DNA of 64,000 nucleotides, from positions 3,117 through 67,116 of the IMG/VR virus record IMGVR_UViG_2667527597_000005. The stretch is one strand, 5' to 3'. The DNA is from a virus. Its lineage: Duplodnaviria > Caudoviricetes. The translations under genes were made by a program, and so were the position numbers. Under the pieces are notes generated by a model. The model was not told the DNA's origin, made no database searches, and was given only the letters and a program-made list of their open reading frames with translations. Below, one piece after another: positions 8,855-19,682 of this stretch; position 1 is the stretch's first letter; each line of letters opens with the position of its first letter.

Positions 8855-10345
8855 TTATGCTGACGCCTGGAGGCGGAATTGATTGAGAACAGCGAAGATA
8901 CGTAACTGATTAATCAGCACACCGGTCCATAGCACATCAACACGGTTAGGGTTGCTGGCGCTCTTTTCGACAATCAATCCCTTGGCGAACCCTTTGGCAT
9001 CCTGCACATAACCGTTAAATTCCAGCGTCTGGTACTGTGCGATCAATTCTGCGCGGATCACGTTTGGGGTGATAATCGCTGAGCCAGGTGCGAAACGAGT
9101 ACCATCAGCTGCCAACTTCATGCGGGCAAATTTCGACGTTACCTGAGTACGCAAGAAGCGAGTGACAAACATCAGCAGAAATAAGGTTTCAATCTGCAAA
9201 TAGCTGTCATCTTCCGCGCCATATTTGTTCTTTTGGTAGGTGGTAATGATATTTTCCACTTGAACTGTGCCATCGTCGGCAGTCGTGACCGTGGATATCC
9301 CGCTGTGCAGCAGGTTATTACGCTCGGTCAGGGTAAAACGGCTGGCCAGTGGAGGAGCCAGTACGCCACCGATCGCTAGGGTTTGTAGCGGGCGCCCGGG
9401 GTCGTTGCGCAGACTTTGCGCTATCGCGCCAACATAAGCCGCTGACCAGATGTAGCTTGGTGTTGGCGAGCCATTCACCCCCAACAGGGAAGCATGCTGA
9501 TCATTACGCAATTCACCGGCAGCGGTCAGTTGGCCATAAGTCCCGGATTGGGCCGCGAAGCTATGGCCATAGAGTTGCTCGGCATAGCTCCAGCGACCAG
9601 TACTGTCTGACAGGAAGTCTTTGATTTTATTCAATGATGCGGTGTCAGTGTACGGGTTGATAATGAAATCAAAGGTTCGATCCTGCAAATTAGCCAGCGC
9701 ATCATCCAGTTCAGGCGCACCCGCGCCACCCGCCATTGGCGTGAATGCCAGTACCAGGCTATCTGGCGTGGTTTCGCCGCCAGCACTCCCCAGATAGTTC
9801 AGCCGTAAATCAATGGTGTTACCGTGTGCGCCTTTATTTTTGGCTGTGAGAGTAATCACCGTATCTACAGCCGCTGCCGTGACCGGTAGAGATGTAGTCG
9901 TATTGATTGCGGCCGTTAAAGCAGTGGCAACCGCAGCAACTTCATCCGTTGCCACGACTGCAACCTGTACGCGAATACCGGCGATATACAAAGAGATAAC
10001 ACCGGTCGCGGATGCCTGAGTGGTAACGGTGATTTTACCGGTTGCAGCAACCATTGCCTCGGTATCAGCCAACGGCAAAATATAAATCTCACCGGCAATA
10101 TCATTGGCCAGATAAGCCGCCATCTGACCATGCAACATGGAGCCTGCGCCACATTGCCCCGCAACAGTGGCCACCGAAGAAACCAGCACCGGCACATCAG
10201 CCGGCAGCGTGCCGGCATTTAGCATCTGACCAATGATTAAGGTGCGCTGAGTCGTTGTTGCCGTGTTCGCCTGAGAGTTATCAAATTCAGCGAAGAAAAG
10301 CGGCGTCCGAAGATTGCTCGGAATATGAGTAAAGGGAATAGTCAT
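8855..10345 (-). CDS. Tail sheath protein (Mu gpL-like)
   Basis: PLFFAEFDNS start, ERNNLL, INQLRIFA end. Confidence 0.93.
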   Translation of the reverse strand: MTIPFTHIPSNLRTPLFFAEFDNSQANTATTTQRTLIIGQMLNAGTLPADVPVLVSSVATVAGQCGAGSMLHGQMAAYLANDIAGEIYILPLADTEAMVAATGKITVTTQASATGVISLYIAGIRVQVAVVATDEVAAVATALTAAINTTTSLPVTAAAVDTVITLTAKNKGAHGNTIDLRLNYLGSAGGETTPDSLVLAFTPMAGGAGAPELDDALANLQDRTFDFIINPYTDTASLNKIKDFLSDSTGRWSYAEQLYGHSFAAQSGTYGQLTAAGELRNDQHASLLGVNGSPTPSYIWSAAYVGAIAQSLRNDPGRPLQTLAIGGVLAPPLASRFTLTERNNLLHSGISTVTTADDGTVQVENIITTYQKNKYGAEDDSYLQIETLFLLMFVTRFLRTQVTSKFARMKLAADGTRFAPGSAIITPNVIRAELIAQYQTLEFNGYVQDAKGFAKGLIVEKSASNPNRVDVLWTGVLINQLRIFAVLNQFRLQASA

Positions 10346-10536
10346 TATTTGGTTTTCTCCGCTTTGGTTGCTTCTGGCGCAGGTTTAGCCTCTTTAGGCT
10401 GTTCGCGCACCACATCACCATCGTTTAAGCGACGCCGCCAAAATGAATTATCGGGAACCTCAGCGCCAGATTCAGGCAAAAAGGTGCTCTTAACCGGGTC
10501 ACGCACAGTGCGACCGGCTACGGGTTTAACATGCAT
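10345..10536 (-). CDS. DUF2635-type small tail protein
   Basis: VRDP..FWRRRLNDGDV motif before sheath. Confidence 0.85.
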   Translation of the reverse strand: MHVKPVAGRTVRDPVKSTFLPESGAEVPDNSFWRRRLNDGDVVREQPKEAKPAPEATKAEKTK

Positions 10537-10541
10537 GGGAT

Positions 10542-11087
10542 TTACTCCGAAAGGTCTATTGAAACCACAGGTTCGGTGGTGCCGTCTGGCATGGCCATAG
10601 TGATATCGATACCCAGCAGCGGGTCACCCACGATGGGGTAGAAATCTTCCGGCCCTTGGTAATACTCGATATCCAGTTCCATCAGCAGTTGGGCCAGATG
10701 GCCCTCACCAGCCGAGTCCAGATCAATGGTTGAGCGCACCCGAACGAACTGTTGTGTCTGGCGGGTGAGGTCATAACTGTTTATCACCGCCCGTTCAATT
10801 TGTTCTCGCAAACGTTCGAGCGCCAGCTCTGCCTTATTCGCCCCATCATTCTCATTTTCACCGTCAAGTTCCTGTAATCGGCCAGTAATGCGCACGGTGG
10901 TTATGGTGTTGAACTGCGGCGCATTGCGGCCTAATGACTGCTTTTCTTCTATCGGTGTCTGCACCAAAATAACCGGATACATCTCCTCGGTGGTTGGCCA
11001 GTCACGCGGAGAATAGACGCGGTTTTCTGCGTCAGTTTTCCCGAGAATGGCGGCAACCACCAGCTGTCTGACTTGGGCTGTATTCAT
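10542..11087 (-). CDS. Tail completion/terminator protein
   Basis: Gene order; paralogue retained in tailocin. Confidence 0.65.
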   Translation of the reverse strand: MNTAQVRQLVVAAILGKTDAENRVYSPRDWPTTEEMYPVILVQTPIEEKQSLGRNAPQFNTITTVRITGRLQELDGENENDGANKAELALERLREQIERAVINSYDLTRQTQQFVRVRSTIDLDSAGEGHLAQLLMELDIEYYQGPEDFYPIVGDPLLGIDITMAMPDGTTEPVVSIDLSE

Positions 11088-11428
11088 GTTTTTACCCGAT
11101 TAAGAATGAGTTTGCTCCCGCCGTGGCTATCTGGCTGAACATCCGCCACGGCAAATAAGGTATTGACCGGTTCATTAGCCACGATGCCAATAAAAACCCG
11201 ATCCCCTTGCTTGGGTGGCGAACGAAACTCACTGTCTATTACCCCGAGAACGGGGTTGGTGGTATTAATAGTGCTGCCATCATCCAGTGTATCGATGGTG
11301 GTGTAGGCCCGATCAAAGATACCGCTGATGGTATAAGTTGGCTTACCACCCGCGGGCCGGTAATCAACCGGGTCACCAAATACCGAATGCAATGGCGCAA
11401 GAAGATGCTGATCCCAGTTGATACCCAT
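11084..11428 (-). CDS. Head-tail joining protein
   Basis: Size, position, GIFDR and PDSHGG motifs. Confidence 0.7.
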   Translation of the reverse strand: MGINWDQHLLAPLHSVFGDPVDYRPAGGKPTYTISGIFDRAYTTIDTLDDGSTINTTNPVLGVIDSEFRSPPKQGDRVFIGIVANEPVNTLFAVADVQPDSHGGSKLILNRVKT

Positions 11429-11883
11429 CAGTTCCCCCGATCTATCTTCACGCCATCATCGACAGTGATTGAGGGGCCAGAAATGCGCACCTCCTGTTGC
11501 CGTAACGCTTTCACATCAGCGACCACCCCCAAATCAATCAACCGACTGGCGTCGCTATGTGGCAGAAATAAACGGCTGTTCTCCGTATAAGTTTCCCTGC
11601 TATGGCGCAGGGTCTGGCCTTTTACGACAACGACCTCCATTTCGTCAGAGTCGTCAGCAGAATGATCACCTGCCACCTCATTAGCAGCTGTTTTTTCCTG
11701 CATATCCGGCGTTTCAGCAGGCTCATTGGCAGTGGGTGGCACGTTTTGTACTTTCGGTTCAGGCTGTATTTCGCTGTTATCCGGCGCAACAATCTGTTCC
11801 TGCTGAGTGTCAGCTTCGAACTCAGGCGGCAAGCCGCCCAGTTCGCTAATGCTGGCCTGCTGCTTACCTGGAGTTTTAGCCAT
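11428..11883 (-). CDS. Hypothetical protein after major capsid (start likely MAKTPG)
   Basis: ORF abutting capsid stop; low-complexity acidic N-terminus. Confidence 0.6.
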   Translation of the reverse strand: MAKTPGKQQASISELGGLPPEFEADTQQEQIVAPDNSEIQPEPKVQNVPPTANEPAETPDMQEKTAANEVAGDHSADDSDEMEVVVVKGQTLRHSRETYTENSRLFLPHSDASRLIDLGVVADVKALRQQEVRISGPSITVDDGVKIDRGN

Positions 11884-11884
11884 A

Positions 11885-12931
11885 TCACACCACCGTTGCA
11901 CAAAGGGAGGCATTTACCCGGCTTGGAATGACCAGCGGAGCAGATTGCATCAACAGGTAACGCTGCGCAGGATCGGGCATAACCCATGACTTAGGTGCGA
12001 AAGCCAAAGGACCATAATTAAACTCAGGGTCCAGAATGACGCCAAAGGCGCGAGTCCCCATCAAGTCAGCGCTACCCATCAATACAGCGCCATTAGGGAT
12101 CATTGGTTTCTCAATGCCATCAGCAGGGTCAATAAACCAATCGTTATACAGCCACAAATCAAAGTTGCCCCAGCGACCTTTATAAACCGCCCCCTTATTG
12201 ACACGCGGCCCCGCATCAACCTGATTACCAAACGGGCTCAATGCTGGGAAGGTAATAGCATTGTCCTTAATGGTGGTATCGAGACGGAACGCTTTCCATG
12301 AGGAAGTTGTAAATACCAAGTCAGTGGCCACCGCCCCTGACTCTTGCAACATCAGCGTTTGCCAGTCTTCAATATCATCGGATGGCTGAGTATTTGTCGT
12401 GCCTGCGGCTACAGATAATGGCCATTTGTCTGACCCACTCAATGTAATGGTCAGATTACTGGAGCGCCCAAAATCAATAACAGTTGTCGGGAATCCTTCA
12501 CCCACCACGGTAATCTGAGATTTAGTCAGCGCGCTGGCTGCCATCCATTCCATACGACGGTTAAGCATGTCGATCTGGTCTTCCATTTCAAACTGGATGT
12601 TTAACATTTCACGTTCTGCGGCGGTATATTCCCCACCAATGCGCTCTCCCATCTGACGGCGGATCGGTTTACGCAAATCAGGTGCGCGTTTGTCTTTGAT
12701 ATAAGCCGGTTTGAACGTGTTGGTTTGATATTTGCGGCTCTCCACCAGCTTCCCTTCTACTAGCGGGGAAACAAAAGGAGACATGCGACGTTTACCAATA
12801 TCAATATCGATGGAAACCTCTTCGGTTGCATAAGTCACCACATTGGGAAAGAAGCGATCGAGTAACCAGTTCTGGCTTGTTTTCAGGTTGGGAACCAGAC
12901 CCACCAGCACATTGGTATCGTAAATATTCAT
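11885..12931 (-). CDS. Major capsid protein (lambda gpE family)
   Basis: SPFVSP, FKPAYIKDK, QSAPL motifs. Confidence 0.92.
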   Translation of the reverse strand: MNIYDTNVLVGLVPNLKTSQNWLLDRFFPNVVTYATEEVSIDIDIGKRRMSPFVSPLVEGKLVESRKYQTNTFKPAYIKDKRAPDLRKPIRRQMGERIGGEYTAAEREMLNIQFEMEDQIDMLNRRMEWMAASALTKSQITVVGEGFPTTVIDFGRSSNLTITLSGSDKWPLSVAAGTTNTQPSDDIEDWQTLMLQESGAVATDLVFTTSSWKAFRLDTTIKDNAITFPALSPFGNQVDAGPRVNKGAVYKGRWGNFDLWLYNDWFIDPADGIEKPMIPNGAVLMGSADLMGTRAFGVILDPEFNYGPLAFAPKSWVMPDPAQRYLLMQSAPLVIPSRVNASLCATVV

Positions 12932-13040
12932 GTAGTATCTCTTTTAATTTGCTGGCAGCCAGCGCCGCCAGACAACGATTGAAGACGAGCAAACGCCTGC
13001 CAGATGAATGACATTGGGTGCAAATTAAGAAAGTGAGGTT

Positions 13041-13442
13041 TTAAACCGGTGCCTGGATACTGTCTTCAAGGAAGATGGAATACGAACGCAGAGCGGTTTT
13101 TAACTCGGCCAGCGTCCATGAAGCATCATGAATAACACTGTTCTGATTAAACTGTCCCATCAGATAAACGCCACCGCGCTGGGTGGCAGTTGTGGTATCT
13201 ACGTTATCCACCAGGATGGCTACAGGTACCTCACTGCCATCGGTGGCGGTCTTAACCGACTTGACGTACTCACCTGATGCCGTAATTTTACCCATCACGG
13301 TACCGCGCATATGAATGAAAGCCACCTGAGCAATAACGCCGGTATCTGTCACCAGTTGCAATGGCCCGGCAACTAGTTGGTCTGGAACAAACAAAGATGA
13401 TCGCATTCCTGGCTGAAACGCATTTTGTCCGATGTTATCCAT
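13041..13442 (-). CDS. Head decoration protein (gpD-like)
   Basis: RGTVMGKIT..DGSEVP motif, upstream of capsid. Confidence 0.85.
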   Translation of the reverse strand: MDNIGQNAFQPGMRSSLFVPDQLVAGPLQLVTDTGVIAQVAFIHMRGTVMGKITASGEYVKSVKTATDGSEVPVAILVDNVDTTTATQRGGVYLMGQFNQNSVIHDASWTLAELKTALRSYSIFLEDSIQAPV

Positions 13443-14050
13443 TATTTTTTACCTTTTGCTGAGTCATAGAGACTGGTCATTCTAGTAACCATTGATGCAC
13501 CTTTTGATGCGGCAACGGCGTCCTGACCGGGTTGGGCATTGCCTACTGCCTGCATCCGTTCATCCAAAGAGCGTTTGCGCGGAGCGCTGGCAGATACCGG
13601 TGCTGTAGCGGTAGTGGAGGCAAGCACTCGGATCACGGCGGCGGAACTCATCCCCGAATTAAGTGCCAGAGAGACCGCTAAATCACCGCGCCCGGTAGCA
13701 TGTTTACTACCGAAAATACGCGCACAACGCTGGCGTTCAGCACTGCGGCCTTTTTTAACGTTGCGATCATCAGTATTATCATCACCGTCGTTTTCATCGC
13801 CCTCTTCTGCATCAGCATCATCGCTGTCGTCTTCGGCATCAGGATCTTTGTCCTGATCATCAGGATTATCGTTTGAGTCGTCATCGTTCTCTTCGGCATT
13901 AGGGTCTTGTTCATCCTCTTCAGCCTGACGTCCCTTGGCTTTTTTGGCCTTGTCCTTATCGTCTTCGGTCTCTTCTGTGGCTTTGGCACTACCGCCCCAT
14001 AGGTGAGCAAAGCTTTGAATTTTAATTTTCTTACCCATTGTTTTCTCCAA
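13442..14050 (-). CDS. Probable capsid scaffolding protein (acidic)
   Basis: D/E-rich tract then AERQRCARIF motif; follows protease. Confidence 0.6.
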   Translation of the reverse strand: MEKTMGKKIKIQSFAHLWGGSAKATEETEDDKDKAKKAKGRQAEEDEQDPNAEENDDDSNDNPDDQDKDPDAEDDSDDADAEEGDENDGDDNTDDRNVKKGRSAERQRCARIFGSKHATGRGDLAVSLALNSGMSSAAVIRVLASTTATAPVSASAPRKRSLDERMQAVGNAQPGQDAVAASKGASMVTRMTSLYDSAKGKK

Positions 14051-14891
14051 CCAGTTTTAATAAATCGCGGAATGCGGCATCAGGCGAGGCGACTTGATCA
14101 GCCAACCCCAGTTGCACACCATCAGCAGCCAGGTAACATGCTGCTTCAGTGTCCCTGATAGTTCTCTCTGCTATCCCGCGATTGCGGGAAACGGTGCTCA
14201 CAAACAGGCGACCCATCTCGTCAACATCTGACTGGATGGCTTTCTGTGCCTCTTTGCTTAATGCTTCGTAGGGATTTGATTCAGCTTTTCTGCTGCCAAA
14301 GGTGATTATCGTGACCTGTACCCCATCGCTTTTGATGCGTTGCGACCAGTCAACATGCATCACGATGACGCCAATTGAACCAACCCCGCCAGTACGCGGG
14401 ACAATAATCCGATCCGCGGCACTGGCCAGTGCATAAGCGGCTGAATAAGCACTCTCGGACAGGATGGCCCATATGGGTTTTTCTCCTCGTGCCGCATAAA
14501 TTTCATCGACCAAATCAAAACAGCCAGCGACTTCACCGCCCGGTGAGTCGATATCAAGGCAAATAGCTTTGACTTCGCTGTCATTCATTGCCGTCAGAAA
14601 ACTCACCCGAATGCCGTCATAGCCTGTCATTCCGCTGTAAGGGCGCAAGGTGCCTAATTTCTGCACTAAGGTCCCCGTGATGGGTATCCGTGCTATACCG
14701 GCGATAACGTCATAACCACACTCGCGCCCTTTGCGCGTAAAGGTATCGTCATCGTCATCCCAATCGGCATTAGACTGAATGCGCGTCAGGCCGAACCGAT
14801 CAGTCAGCGCCGCCATGACCACTTCAGCCTTGTGCGGATGAAGGGCCAGCGGGGTGTTAAATAGTCGCTGGGCTAAATGTGGGAGATTCAC
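14031..14891 (-). CDS. Head maturation protease, S49 family
   Basis: DIDSPGG, AYSAAY, GSIGV motifs. Confidence 0.92.
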   Translation of the reverse strand: MNLPHLAQRLFNTPLALHPHKAEVVMAALTDRFGLTRIQSNADWDDDDDTFTRKGRECGYDVIAGIARIPITGTLVQKLGTLRPYSGMTGYDGIRVSFLTAMNDSEVKAICLDIDSPGGEVAGCFDLVDEIYAARGEKPIWAILSESAYSAAYALASAADRIIVPRTGGVGSIGVIVMHVDWSQRIKSDGVQVTIITFGSRKAESNPYEALSKEAQKAIQSDVDEMGRLFVSTVSRNRGIAERTIRDTEAACYLAADGVQLGLADQVASPDAAFRDLLKLVGENNG

Positions 14892-16543
14892 TGTGCCTCC
14901 GGTTTTTGTTGTTGGTTGGCTGTAGGCTGATCGGGTGCAAAGTTTTCAGCTTGCAACCATGTAGGGATCGGCAATCCACGCTCAATGTAGGCCTCACGTT
15001 CTCGCTGGCGCTGATCCAGCAATTCTTCCCAATCTTCACCGACGTTTTCAGCGGCTTCCATTTCGAGAGTAGATAGCCCCGCCTCCATGCCAAGAATGGC
15101 CCCTTTCTTCTCAGCTACCGGATCAACCCAGCCCCGCCCGGGCCCCATCCATTGAGCACGGCAATATGCCGCTTTCGCCGCGAGAAAATCAGGTGCGCCA
15201 TCAGGCAAAGGAACCTCACCTAAATCATGCAACTCTTCGATAAAGCACGACAAAATGGGCTGAGCGAAGCCATTCGCAAAATCATCACGGCGGCGGGTCA
15301 GGGTTTTCCACGCTTCCAGCATGGCGGAACGGGCTGAGCTGTAGTTAACATCAGACCAGTCTTGGGTCAGTTGCTGGGTAGATATCCCCAATGATGCCGC
15401 GACATTTCTCAGCGCGGCACTTTCAAAAGCGACAAAGTTACTGGTTGGTCGAACCGCATTAAGCGCGGTCATACTTTCACCGGGTGCCAGTATCGGAATA
15501 CGGGCACCACCTTGTAATGACAGGCGTTTTTCGTCGTGGTATTCCCGGCGCATTTTCTGATACTTAATCACGTCCTCACCCGTATCAAGGGAGTCTGCAA
15601 CCAGACCGGGGTCATAAGGCGACGTAATGAAAGCAGCGAAAATGGAGTTCAGGATTGATGACTGCAATTCCACTTCATCGTACTTAATCAGCATCTTCAG
15701 GCGCTGGACGATGGGAGTAAAAATACTGATACCGCGATGCTGAGAGGCCCGGTCGCTATCAAAGTCATGAATAACTATGGGACGGCCCCAATCAGTTTCA
15801 CGCTGGATGCGCTCCCAGGTCATGGTTTCTTTACCGCTCCACCAGTCACCGATATGAGCTTTGCGGATGTGATAAGCAATAGGGACGCCATCCTCATCAA
15901 TTTCTATCCCACCGCGAATATTCGGCATGTCGAATTTCTCTTGCGGATTACTTAGCCGGTCGGGATCAATGATTTGCATCGTCGTCGCATACTGTGCCCT
16001 GCCGTAGCCAAGGCGGTCAGGGCGATATTGCATCACGCAGAGTGCGTCACCGTCAGTTAGCTTGTGGCGAAAACCGAGCCGTAGCAGTTGAGCGACGGTT
16101 TTCTTTCTTTCCACATCACAATAACGGTTTGGGTCATTCGCCCAAATTCGCCAGCCTGATTCAATGGCCCGTCCATATTCATCCGCCCATTTCGCGTCAA
16201 ATTGAGGATTGCCAGTCATCAGCGCCAGAGTCCGATAATCGACTTTAGCCAGCGGACGGAAAGACGCACCCACGGCATTATCCAAAATGCGGGTAACGCT
16301 GCCCGAGGCCCAACCATCATTGCGCACCATGTCACGAACACGGGCAACCACCTGATTACGGGAGGGATTAATTTCGTTGTCGGGTGACCATAGTGATGGT
16401 TGCCAGTTAGCCATAGTGTCACTGAATTGATCCGCAGCGTCATAGGGAACACCACTGGAGCCATTTAGCATTGATGCCCTTGATTGGGATGGCGGCAAGG
16501 GGCGACCGTCAGGACCTAAAATCCTTACTGGGTTTTTCATCAA
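14888..16543 (-). CDS. Portal protein, lambda family
   Basis: RDMVRN, NYSSAR, WVDP motifs. Confidence 0.92.
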   Translation of the reverse strand: MMKNPVRILGPDGRPLPPSQSRASMLNGSSGVPYDAADQFSDTMANWQPSLWSPDNEINPSRNQVVARVRDMVRNDGWASGSVTRILDNAVGASFRPLAKVDYRTLALMTGNPQFDAKWADEYGRAIESGWRIWANDPNRYCDVERKKTVAQLLRLGFRHKLTDGDALCVMQYRPDRLGYGRAQYATTMQIIDPDRLSNPQEKFDMPNIRGGIEIDEDGVPIAYHIRKAHIGDWWSGKETMTWERIQRETDWGRPIVIHDFDSDRASQHRGISIFTPIVQRLKMLIKYDEVELQSSILNSIFAAFITSPYDPGLVADSLDTGEDVIKYQKMRREYHDEKRLSLQGGARIPILAPGESMTALNAVRPTSNFVAFESAALRNVAASLGISTQQLTQDWSDVNYSSARSAMLEAWKTLTRRRDDFANGFAQPILSCFIEELHDLGEVPLPDGAPDFLAAKAAYCRAQWMGPGRGWVDPVAEKKGAILGMEAGLSTLEMEAAENVGEDWEELLDQRQREREAYIERGLPIPTWLQAENFAPDQPTANQQQKPEAQ

Positions 16544-16803
16544 TAACGAAACCTTAACGCCCTACGGGGATGTTTAACGATGCCTAGCTGGGCCTGAAGC
16601 AGTTGAATTAATCCCATCAGTTTACCGATGTCAGTCGGCTGATAGGTCACTGAGCGAGTGCCATCCCCTTGTGCATAGGAGAAAGAGACGCCTTTCGAAC
16701 CCGTTGATAATTCGATATAGGCTTGCTGCGCTCGGTTTAATGCTTCTTGTAATTGGGCGCGACTCATCGCACCGGCCAGCAGGCTGGTGTTTGCATGGAA
16801 CAT
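16540..16803 (-). CDS. Head-tail joining protein gpW-like
   Basis: Small ORF between terminase and portal, RSVTY motif. Confidence 0.8.
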   Translation of the reverse strand: MFHANTSLLAGAMSRAQLQEALNRAQQAYIELSTGSKGVSFSYAQGDGTRSVTYQPTDIGKLMGLIQLLQAQLGIVKHPRRALRFRY

Positions 16804-16811
16804 AGAAATCC

Positions 16812-18920
16812 TTATGCCAATCGGCTGGCGATGCTTTTTGTGGTAGGGGGTTCAGCTTCCTGGATAATGGCCCCCGGCAGGCGCAGGCTGGTTTTTTCTT
16901 CTGATGCAAAGCGAGCAGGATGCAAAACTTTATCGGGTTCGGATTCAATCAGCATTGCTCGGGTGTTTAATTTCAGGCCCAAATGGAACAAGCCCGCCAG
17001 CGCTGCATAGGCATAAACCCGGCAGTCCAGCGCTTCGTTAGCTTTGCCGTGAGGTAATTCCCATACGCTGTAACGCTGCCCAGCAGCCTCTTTCATCACC
17101 AGTCGCTCAGCGGTTAACTGGCTGAAATAGCCCATATCCCGCTCGGTTGAAAAGTGCATATAACCGGGGCCGGGCTTATCCAGATGAAGACGGGAGCGGA
17201 TAGAGTCTTTTGCCGAGTTCACCCCAATGATAACCGGACGGAATTGAGATCGGTTCTTTGAGGTCGGCCGTTTGTTAGGCCAGATCGGGGAACGTTTACC
17301 GCCAGTGGCTGATTCGCCCTTAATCGCCCATATCCGCCGAGCCAGACGTTCTTTGGCAAACTCATAGACCTTTTGTGTGTGGTTACCACCGGAGTCATGA
17401 CACGCCGCCATGATGGTAAAACCTCGACCATCCGCGCGTCGCCAGATTTGCTTGAGGTAAGCATCAAGCCTGAGCCAGGGTTCAGCCGTTTCAAGATCAC
17501 CCTCAATAACGTCAAATGCCACCGACCAACTCTCTTCATCTTTACCCCAGCCCACCACTTCAATTTCTAACCGGTCAGCCTGGGTATCAATGCCTGCGGT
17601 CAGGACGGCAACACCTTCAGGTATTTCAGCATCAAAGACTTCTCTTCGCGCCAGCAGTTCATCTACTGGCAGACGTTTACCGTAGTTGGGTCGATGAGGC
17701 AGGCCCATCTGGGTATTCCACCAAGCCAACTCTTTATCTGGATCACCCTTGGCTTTAAGGTATTTAGCAGCGATATCAGACGGTTTATCTTTCTGCCACG
17801 GGCTGAATAACTTGGAGGCCTGAAAACCAGCATGGATATTATCGACCCCCAACTTACCGCAAAGGGGGCAAACGGCCCGATACACAGCATGACGCTCAGA
17901 TTCAGACCAGCGCCATACAACACCTAGCGCCGTCTGATCATCAACATGCCAGGCTTGCTCATAAGCATTTAGCGGTACATGGCGCTGGTCGCAACATTCA
18001 AATGGCTTGGTCTGATGCCATTGGATGGTGCGTAGCGCTCTTAGCCGGTCACCCTCTGACCAGCCAGAACCACAGCTTTCACAGTGGATCATGGCTAACT
18101 TGGTATGGTGTTTGTCTCCCTCTGATGGCCAGTGAACATGCTTGAAGAAATCAGGAAATTGGCGGTGGCCACAGTGTGGGCATGCCATCGATGCCCGACG
18201 CTGATCTGATTCCTCGTAGCTGGCCGCAATGCGACTTTCATCTTCTACGGTTGGAGAGCAGGCCCGAACCGATAGCCAGTTGAGGCCAAAGGTCGCAGTG
18301 CGTTCTTCTGCCAGGGTTATCGGGTCACCTTCACGGGTGATTGGATATTTATCCACCTCATCGGCCAACAGTACACGGATCGGGCGACGGGCAAGATTGT
18401 CCGGGCTACCGGCCCCCGCCAGTGCCAGAAACCCACCGGTAAAGGATTTGTATAGCAATGTCTCTTTTGAATTTTTCTGTTTGTTACCGCCCACCAACTG
18501 GCGAAGCGCTGGTGTCACCCTGACTAACGGGGTGATTCGTTCTTTCGAAAATTGCTCGGCCGCGTCTTCTTTGGGTTGTAATAACAACATTGGGCAGGGA
18601 TCGAGATGCGCAAAGTAACCAAACAGATTTTCCAGCAATGCTGTTTTCATCAACTGGGTACAGCACATCACGGTGATGATATGCACCCCGGATTCCGTCG
18701 CCGCCAGCATCGGGCCACGGGCAATCTCTACCGTGGTAGTTTCCCAATTACCCGATGTACTCCCCGCCTCTTTTGCCAGTTTACGGTAGCGGTCAGCCCA
18801 GTCCGGTACGCTAATGCGCGGGGGCGGTGTCCATCCCTTACGAACACTGCGAAGTAACCGGTCATGTTTGCTCTGCGTTAAACTCAGGTTCGCCGAGGCC
18901 AGAGATGTGTTTGTGGACAT
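16812..18920 (-). CDS. Terminase large subunit (GpA family)
   Basis: QLMKT Walker A variant, LLADEVD Walker B, NEALDC nuclease motif. Confidence 0.93.
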   Translation of the reverse strand: MSTNTSLASANLSLTQSKHDRLLRSVRKGWTPPPRISVPDWADRYRKLAKEAGSTSGNWETTTVEIARGPMLAATESGVHIITVMCCTQLMKTALLENLFGYFAHLDPCPMLLLQPKEDAAEQFSKERITPLVRVTPALRQLVGGNKQKNSKETLLYKSFTGGFLALAGAGSPDNLARRPIRVLLADEVDKYPITREGDPITLAEERTATFGLNWLSVRACSPTVEDESRIAASYEESDQRRASMACPHCGHRQFPDFFKHVHWPSEGDKHHTKLAMIHCESCGSGWSEGDRLRALRTIQWHQTKPFECCDQRHVPLNAYEQAWHVDDQTALGVVWRWSESERHAVYRAVCPLCGKLGVDNIHAGFQASKLFSPWQKDKPSDIAAKYLKAKGDPDKELAWWNTQMGLPHRPNYGKRLPVDELLARREVFDAEIPEGVAVLTAGIDTQADRLEIEVVGWGKDEESWSVAFDVIEGDLETAEPWLRLDAYLKQIWRRADGRGFTIMAACHDSGGNHTQKVYEFAKERLARRIWAIKGESATGGKRSPIWPNKRPTSKNRSQFRPVIIGVNSAKDSIRSRLHLDKPGPGYMHFSTERDMGYFSQLTAERLVMKEAAGQRYSVWELPHGKANEALDCRVYAYAALAGLFHLGLKLNTRAMLIESEPDKVLHPARFASEEKTSLRLPGAIIQEAEPPTTKSIASRLA

Positions 18921-19428
18921 ATGCTAATAACACCTCGGTCATTCTGTCGGCGGGAACATCCAAGTCAGCCGCCATCAAAGGAGCCACCCTTGACGGCCAG
19001 TTCATCCAGGCGTCGCGTTGTTCACGAAAAGCGCTAAACAAAATATCTTCTGCAGCCGTTAGTTCCACCAGCTGCCCGTCTTCTTTCTCAAACTCCAACT
19101 TGGTTAATAGCGCCAGGTAATTCTCTTTTACTCTGCTGGCTTCTTCTCGTGTCAATTTGACACCATTGGCCAGCATGATCTCTTTGACCACCGTATTAGT
19201 ATTGTCATCAGTATCGGCAGCGGTAACTTTTACGGGCTTATTCTTGCTGGCGTTTTTAGTGCGCGGATCTTTGCTATCGCGCAAAGTGGCAACAGCCTTA
19301 TCACTTTCCGCAACATTGACCAGATCGCCATCAAGAACAATATATTTTCCGGCCTTTATCCAGCGGCTCACCGTCTTCCGATCTACGCCAGCATGTTTGG
19401 CGTAATCAATCTGCGTCATTGTGCTCAT
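18862..19428 (-). CDS. Terminase small subunit (Nu1-like; start probably MSTMTQ)
   Basis: N-terminal HTH (YAKHAGVDRKTVSRW), GQLV motif, overlaps large subunit. Confidence 0.8.
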   Translation of the reverse strand: MSTMTQIDYAKHAGVDRKTVSRWIKAGKYIVLDGDLVNVAESDKAVATLRDSKDPRTKNASKNKPVKVTAADTDDNTNTVVKEIMLANGVKLTREEASRVKENYLALLTKLEFEKEDGQLVELTAAEDILFSAFREQRDAWMNWPSRVAPLMAADLDVPADRMTEVLLAYVHKHISGLGEPEFNAEQT

Positions 19429-19444
19429 GGTGAAAATTGCCTCT

Positions 19445-19585
19445 GTGGGGCATGGGACATTTTCGTGGGACATTTTTTTGTGTCCCATCCTGAATGTCCC
19501 ACGCAGAAAAATAGCTAACGCCGCACAGCGCAAGGGCTGGCGGTTACAGTTGCATAACTATGCGCATGGGACATGGGACACAAAA
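19445..19585. repeat. Probable cos/terminase-binding region: clustered GGGACA/TGTCCC repeats
   Basis: Six GGGACA copies in both orientations just upstream of the small terminase. Confidence 0.55.
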
Positions 19586-19682
19586 TGAAAAATTTATAGC
19601 TGGTAAAACTGCACGGCGCGCAATGCCCGTACATTACAAAAGTCGCAGGAAGGACCCAAAAAATTCTGAGGGGGAATCATTA

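Noticed and set aside
13740-13970. Repeat-like TCATCG-rich tract
   Set aside because: Explained by Asp/Glu-rich coding; no CRISPR-like repeat-spacer array seen in the window
19429-19533. Extended N-terminus of small terminase (likewise long starts for cro, rdgC, RpiR, glucosidase)
   Set aside because: Extensions run through repeat or operator DNA; downstream starts fit better
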